Shown here: positions 8,661 to 12,843 of the stretch, piece after piece
Position numbering within the stretch: the stretch's first letter is position 1
Layout of the letters: every line of letters starts with the position of its first letter
Origin: Pseudobacteriovorax sp.
Lineage (GTDB): Bacteria > Bdellovibrionota_B > Oligoflexia > Oligoflexales > Oligoflexaceae
DNA: 12,843 bases
NCBI GenBank assembly: GCA_050293845.1
Contig: JBNKNM010000163.1
Coordinates: 1-12,843, forward strand
Direction of reading: 5' to 3'
Program-made: the position numbers and the translations under genes
Notes under the pieces: model-generated
What the model was told of the DNA's origin: nothing
What the model saw: the letters and a program-made list of their open reading frames with translations, nothing else
Databases searched by the model: none

Positions 8661-9348
8661 GATTCATGCGATAATGATAGTAAGTTTTTTATTGCAGGGC
8701 TGTATCCACAATCTCGCTTATAAGCAACGCCGACTGCTATACTTTTATCATCATGTGCAACCCCAAGATACCCTCTATAAAATTGGTAAAAAGTATCATA
8801 TTCCATGGCCTGTTGTAGGCAATATCAACCGTATTTCAAATCCCCATGCATTAAAGATTGGGCAAAGGCTGAAAATCCCCGCAACAATCTTTGCACTTCG
8901 TGACAAGGTACTAGCAAGACAGAGCAAGTTGATGATTGAGGATGTCAGTGGTAGGGGAGGGAACAGAATGGGATATCTTTGGCCAGTCAGAGGAAAAGTA
9001 AGCTCTTTATTTGGCATGCGTAACGGCAGGCCTCATCAGGGTATCGACATATCAGCGCCAAAAGGCAGGGCGATCATTGCCTTTAAGGAAGGTGTCGTTG
9101 AGTTTGTTGGCTGGAAACAAGGATATGGTCGTACAGTCGTAATTAAGCATCAGCATGTAAAAACTCTTTATGCTCACCTTTCTGCCTTTCAAGTGAGGCG
9201 CAAGCAGTTTGTAAATAAGGGGCAAACCATTGGCTTTGTAGGTAGATCAGGAAATGCCACAGGCCATCACCTGCATTTCGAAATACGGAGGCAGGGTGGT
9301 AAGCCAGTCAATCCTATTGCTTTTGTTTCCAGTCGTTTTGCTGGCTGA
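8653..9348 (+). CDS. LysM + M23 family metallopeptidase lipoprotein (NlpD-like)
   Basis: GTG start overlapping the surE stop. Lipobox-like LQGC. LysM (HVQPQDTLYKIG...LKIGQRLKIP). M23 zinc motifs HQGID and HLHFE, plus YAHL. Confidence 0.92.
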   Translation: MFRIHAIMIVSFLLQGCIHNLAYKQRRLLYFYHHVQPQDTLYKIGKKYHIPWPVVGNINRISNPHALKIGQRLKIPATIFALRDKVLARQSKLMIEDVSGRGGNRMGYLWPVRGKVSSLFGMRNGRPHQGIDISAPKGRAIIAFKEGVVEFVGWKQGYGRTVVIKHQHVKTLYAHLSAFQVRRKQFVNKGQTIGFVGRSGNATGHHLHFEIRRQGGKPVNPIAFVSSRFAG

Positions 9349-9521
9349 TTAGCTGACTTCGTCAGTAGCAAAATTTCCGCCAACCTGAGGAAAGTTTTTT
9401 TCCTTCGCGATTAATCATAAAAATAGCTTGATCTAAAGACGGAAAAATAACTTTAAGATTGGAATGGCTAATTCCAGTTCAGATTTGCTACTCATCAGCT
9501 GATGGTACAAGCTTCGAGTCT

Positions 9522-9556
9522 CTGAAAAATTGCCATGGGCGGTTTCAGTATTTTTT
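9522..9556 (+). terminator. Possible terminator-like hairpin
   Basis: CTGAAA-AA-TTGCC-ATG-GGCGG-TTTCAG bulged stem followed by TATTTTTT. Confidence 0.4.
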
Positions 9557-9678
9557 GGGGTCTTGCAAGTCTTTCGTTGTTGCTTTTTCAGAAGATCAGA
9601 AAGAAACTCAATAGCAACCAGTGTTTGCCTTCTTGATATTTGCGAGTTAGTGCTGAAAAAAACGTTTTAGAACAATGA

Positions 9679-9724
9679 GCTTAGGTTGTTTACATTATGT
9701 AACATTCAAAAAAATAACCTAGGC
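9679..9724. promoter_or_regulatory. Nested inverted repeats, possible operator upstream of the oxidoreductase
   Basis: GCTTAGGTTGTTT (9679-9691) / AAATAACCTAGGC (9712-9724), plus the palindrome TTACAT-T-ATGTAA (9690-9702). Confidence 0.4.
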
Positions 9725-9835
9725 AAATGGAAAAATACAATGCTAAAAAGAGTCAGGAAAATGTTATGAATGACTACGCAGGTATGCTTTTGTGCCTGGA
9801 AATTAAAAGGTCAACTCAATGATGAGGATATTATA

Positions 9836-10825
9836 ATGGGAAAAGTTCGCTGGGGTATTTTAAGTACGGCTAAAATTGCAAGAGAGTCATTGATACCTGC
9901 TATAAAAGGTACGAAAAATGCTGAATTGGTGGCCATTGCTTCTCGCGATAAAAATGTAGCCAAGCAGGTCGCAGAGGAATTTAACATTCCTTTGGCCTTT
10001 GGCTCTTATGATGAGCTGCTTGTTAGCAAGGATATTGATGCAATCTACAATCCTTTACCTAATCATCTTCACGTGCCTTGGAGTGTAAAAGCCATTGAGA
10101 GTCAGAAGCATGTCTTATGCGAAAAACCTCTAGGTCTTAACAGCGAAGATGTTAAGCGTCTTGTCGATGAGGCTAAATTACACCCTGATCTGGTAGTTAT
10201 GGAAGCATTCATGTATCGCTTTCATCCACAATGGCAGCAAGTCAAAGAACTTGTCGATCAAGGAACACTGGGAAACATTAGGCATATCCAAGCATGTTTC
10301 AGCTTTTTTAATCGGGATGTTGCCAACGTTCGCAATCAGCCGGGGATAGGTGGGGGCGGCTTGATGGATATTGGTTGTTATTGCATTTCTGTAGCAAGGT
10401 ATGTTTTTGGCAGTGAACCTTTGAGAGTTCTTGGGAAGCTATTTATCGATCCTGAATTTGGAGTGGATGTCCATGGTTCGGGACAAATGGAATTCGCCTC
10501 TGGTATGGCGACATTCAACTGTTCTACTCAGAGTGCTCCCAGTCAACTTGTGCATATTATCGGCGAAAAAGGCAGTATATTGCTTGAAACACCCTTTTAT
10601 CACAGTCCCCAACACCCTTGCGAGATTGTGCTGTACCAGCCCAATGGTAGGCAAGTTATCAGTGTTGGTCATCACAATCACTTTATCAAAGAGATCGAAT
10701 TGTTCAGCCAGGCTGTATTGGATGGAGCTGTTGCCCCCACTCCCTTATCCGATGCTATAAAAAATATGAAAGTTATCGACAGTTTCTTTCGCAGTCATAG
10801 CACGTCTGCTTGGGTCGACGTTTAA
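9836..10825 (+). CDS. Gfo/Idh/MocA family NAD(P)-dependent oxidoreductase (substrate unknown)
   Basis: RBS GAGGA at 9824-9828 and ATG 9836. Motifs RWGILSTAKIA, YNPLPNHLH, HVLCEKP, EAFMYRFHPQ, GGGLMDIGCY. Confidence 0.95.
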   Translation: MGKVRWGILSTAKIARESLIPAIKGTKNAELVAIASRDKNVAKQVAEEFNIPLAFGSYDELLVSKDIDAIYNPLPNHLHVPWSVKAIESQKHVLCEKPLGLNSEDVKRLVDEAKLHPDLVVMEAFMYRFHPQWQQVKELVDQGTLGNIRHIQACFSFFNRDVANVRNQPGIGGGGLMDIGCYCISVARYVFGSEPLRVLGKLFIDPEFGVDVHGSGQMEFASGMATFNCSTQSAPSQLVHIIGEKGSILLETPFYHSPQHPCEIVLYQPNGRQVISVGHHNHFIKEIELFSQAVLDGAVAPTPLSDAIKNMKVIDSFFRSHSTSAWVDV

Positions 10826-11052
10826 GGTATCCCACTAACTATATGAACAGCACTGAAAAGCTATTATTCAGAATGGGGCGGTACTAACAGGTGTTTGCAC
10901 AATCTTGCAATGGCGCAAAGACAGGTGATCGACTACCGTGAAGTCAAAGGAGTCGAATAAGTACTTTATATGAGAACTACCGTTTTCAACGTTTTTAAAA
11001 CAATAGCCTAGTTAATACATAATTGCAGCAGGATACGAGATATTCTAGAGCT

Positions 11053-11061
11053 TGATATAAT
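11053..11061 (+). promoter_or_regulatory. Extended -10 promoter element for the IS91 transposase fragment
   Basis: TGATATAAT is a perfect TGnTATAAT, 30 nt upstream of ATG 11092. RBS AGAGG at 11079-11083. Confidence 0.55.
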
Positions 11062-11091
11062 AGCCTAGGACATTTTCAAGAGGCTGATCCT

Positions 11092-11340
11092 ATGGCTAAT
11101 GATTTCCTTAAGATATTTTCGAAAGGTTGGGAAAGATTTAAATCGGCAGTTCCTTCCTACGATAAGCCCCATTACAACAAACAAGTCGAAGCTGTCCTTC
11201 GTTGTGGCGATCCAGTATTTGGTTTTTCGCAATATCTTTGCCTTAACTGCGGCAAGGATAGTCGCATCGTCGCTCACTCCTGCAAGAGCAAATTTTGTTT
11301 GAGGTGCGGAAGGGTTGATGGTGAGAACTTTGCTCAGTCT
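11092..11340 (+). pseudogene. IS91-family transposase, N-terminal zinc-binding domain only (truncated)
   Basis: LRCG...GF..YLCLNCG....VAHSCKSKFCLRCG matches the IS91 zinc-binding pattern. No HUH/Y2 domain follows; the frame runs on into the antisense of the resolvase and stops at 11427. Confidence 0.88.
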
Positions 11341-11878
11341 AGTATTGGCTCCGGCTCCATCCCTGCTGTTTACAAATTTCAGAGACCTTCATGTCCCCTG
11401 CCCTGTGTAACGATTTTGCTATTTTGATTTTCGGGTCTGAGGGATCTAAAGGAGGTCTACCTCCAGAATTTCCCTTGGCTCTTGCCGCTGCGAGTCCCGC
11501 TTGGGTTCTTTCTAGGATCAACTTTCTTTCGTATTGAGCTAAAACGGCAAAAATACCGAAAAGCATTTCACCCGATGGACTGCTTGTGTCCACAATATTA
11601 TCACTCAGACTTTTAAATCCGATACCTCTATCGTTAAATTGGTTGATGATGCTAACAAGGTCAATCAGTGATCGACCAAGCCGGTCGAGCCTCCAAACAA
11701 TCACAGTGTCACCTTTCTCGGCAAATTTCATCATTGCATCAAGCCCCGGACGATTTGCTTTGCTTCCTGAGATCCTGTCTTCAAAGATTTCTTGGCATCC
11801 TACATCTTCAAGTGATTTGATTTGTAAATCTAAATTTTGCTCATGGGTGTTAACCCTAACATAGCCAATACGCCGCAT
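11339..11878 (-). CDS. Serine recombinase (resolvase/invertase family), probably inactive
   Basis: GYVRVNT..Q, ISG....RPGL, VWRLDRLGRS, LAQYER..I.ERT.AGLAAARAKG..GGRP and a C-terminal HTH. The catalytic Ser position is Asn and the HTH ends abruptly at SRSQY*. Confidence 0.92.
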   Translation of the reverse strand: MRRIGYVRVNTHEQNLDLQIKSLEDVGCQEIFEDRISGSKANRPGLDAMMKFAEKGDTVIVWRLDRLGRSLIDLVSIINQFNDRGIGFKSLSDNIVDTSSPSGEMLFGIFAVLAQYERKLILERTQAGLAAARAKGNSGGRPPLDPSDPKIKIAKSLHRAGDMKVSEICKQQGWSRSQY

Positions 11879-11897
11879 AGATAGTCCCTGGGTGTTT

Positions 11898-12057
11898 TGT
11901 GCCGTTTATTCCATCTTCTCTGAGTTTACGGTACAATCGGTTTAAGACACAAGTTTAAGAGACAATGGAGACATTGAAGCTGTGTTAGGGAACGAAGGTA
12001 AGAGACAGTGCCCTAAATCCTTCGTTTTATGACACCCATCAGGATAGTGTGATAAAA
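11898..12057. repeat. res-like multi-site recombination/regulatory region
   Basis: Related half-sites GTTTACGGTACA (11924-11935), GTTTAAGACACA (11940-11951), GTTTAAGAGACA (11953-11964), GGTAAGAGACA (11997-12007) and GTTTTATGACA (12024-12034), with inverted partners at 11898-11905 and 12047-12057. Directly upstream of the resolvase. Confidence 0.65.
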
Positions 12058-12199
12058 TTTGTAAATGGCGGAGATTTAAATATCTTTTATTGAGAGGGTT
12101 TCGAATGAAACTGCTAAGAAGAAGGTCTCTAAAAAAAACACGACCAAGCCACAAGGGAAAAGACACCAATAAAATGATTTGATCTTGATAAGAGTCTTA

Positions 12200-12664
12200 A
12201 TGATGGAAAAATTCCTCAACATAGTTGATAATTCCTGGACGAAACTAATAGCTTTACTCGGCGTATTACACTCCACTTATTTGTTGAGTAAGTCAGATTT
12301 TTCAGATTTGGAACAATCGTTAAAAGTATTAATCGCCGTTGTTGGTGGAGCAAGCTTTTCGACTGTATTACGCGGTCTTTTTTACAATGAGCTATCGAAC
12401 CATAAAGAAAAAAGGGACGCTGACAAAGATGTTTTCAATAATATTATTGATTTAATTCCGTCTGAAACTAACTTCTATTATTGGTTTAATGATTTTGATT
12501 TTGGTACTGCGAATTTTTCAGGAAAATATCTGTTCAACTTCAATGATCAGCTTGAAAAATTTAGGACTAATAAAACCTTATTTTTTCATGATAAGAGGAT
12601 ACAAAAAAAGTTCAAGTTATTTACTGAGGCAGGTGAACAATTTTGGAAAACACTATGTACATAA
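12200..12664 (+). CDS. Hypothetical protein with two N-terminal hydrophobic segments, possibly 3'-truncated
   Basis: ATG 12200 or 12203. Visibly AT-rich. Hydrophobic stretches WTKLIALLGVLHSTYLL and VLIAVVGGASFSTVL. The stop coincides with the breakpoint of the convergent transposase fragment. Confidence 0.65.
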   Translation: MMEKFLNIVDNSWTKLIALLGVLHSTYLLSKSDFSDLEQSLKVLIAVVGGASFSTVLRGLFYNELSNHKEKRDADKDVFNNIIDLIPSETNFYYWFNDFDFGTANFSGKYLFNFNDQLEKFRTNKTLFFHDKRIQKKFKLFTEAGEQFWKTLCT

Positions 12665-12843
12665 CCGCTCTCTTTAAGAAATTTTAAAATTGTTTTCTTT
12701 GAAACCGAGATACCTAGAATCTTTAACTCATCAGAAATTCGTTGTGCACCCCAAAGCCAGTTACAACGCTTCATCTCAATGATTAGATCGACAACATTTT
12801 CGTGAACTGTTGGCCTGCCTTTAGGCTTTTTTGAGCACCAAAT
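12657..12843 (-). pseudogene. Fragment of an integrase-core (rve/DDE) transposase: HTH region preceding the catalytic domain, 5'-partial and 3'-truncated
   Basis: Frame is open from 12843: IWCSKKPKGRPTVHENVVDLIIEMKRCNWLWGAQRISDELKILGISVSKKTILKFLKESGYV. It fits the GRP...LI..M...N..WG..RI..EL..LG..VS..T pattern. No DDE domain follows; read-through stops at 12586. Confidence 0.8.

Larger units (their letters stand above)
11053..12843. mobile_element. Degraded mosaic of mobile-element remnants (continues beyond the window)
   Basis: IS91 fragment, resolvase plus res-like site, cargo ORF and DDE transposase fragment abut each other. No intact element ends were recognised. Confidence 0.75.

Noticed and set aside
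9375..9412. Minus-strand CGAAGG...CTCAGG resembling a glycine riboswitch
   Set aside because: No GGAGA 5' element or matching helices, and no minus-strand gene downstream.
9770..9835. N-terminal extension of the oxidoreductase
   Set aside because: A good RBS precedes ATG 9836, where the Rossmann fold begins.
10826..11020. Integron attC site after the oxidoreductase (CTAAC motifs)
   Set aside because: No matching GTTRRRY with complementary L boxes at suitable spacing, and no integrase or cassette array.
1534..12276. Other short ORFs in the track (e.g. 1534-1725, 3005-3193, 3317-3532, 3616-3870, 5406-5636, 10431-10760, 11586-11864, 11942-12169)
   Set aside because: Antisense or off-frame shadows of well-supported genes or of the res-like region, with no recognisable motifs.

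Overview
The window has two parts. 1-9348 is a co-directional chromosomal block. It holds a Glt-type (Myxococcus/Bdellovibrio Agl-Glt adventurous gliding) cluster: a GltC-like TPR gene entering from the left edge, a GltD/AgmU-like large TPR gene, a GltE/AglT-like TPR gene and a GltG-like FHA/TM/Pro-Gly/TonB_C gene. A terminator, surE and a LysM-M23 (NlpD-like) lipoprotein gene follow. The fused gltC-D-E-G order in AT-rich DNA suggests Bdellovibrionota/Oligoflexia (inference). 9349-12843 is accessory: a stem-rich intergenic region, a Gfo/Idh/MocA oxidoreductase, then a mosaic of broken mobile DNA. The mosaic comprises an IS91 transposase N-terminal fragment, a serine resolvase with its catalytic Ser replaced by Asn, a res-like repeat array, a probably truncated membrane protein and a transposase/integrase N-terminal fragment at the right edge. 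I see no clearly new complete system. The best leads are the missing gltF, the missing TM His in GltG, the dead resolvase, two tail-to-tail gene fusions at TA-centred palindromes and a possible structured RNA. Family calls come from motif recognition, not database searches.
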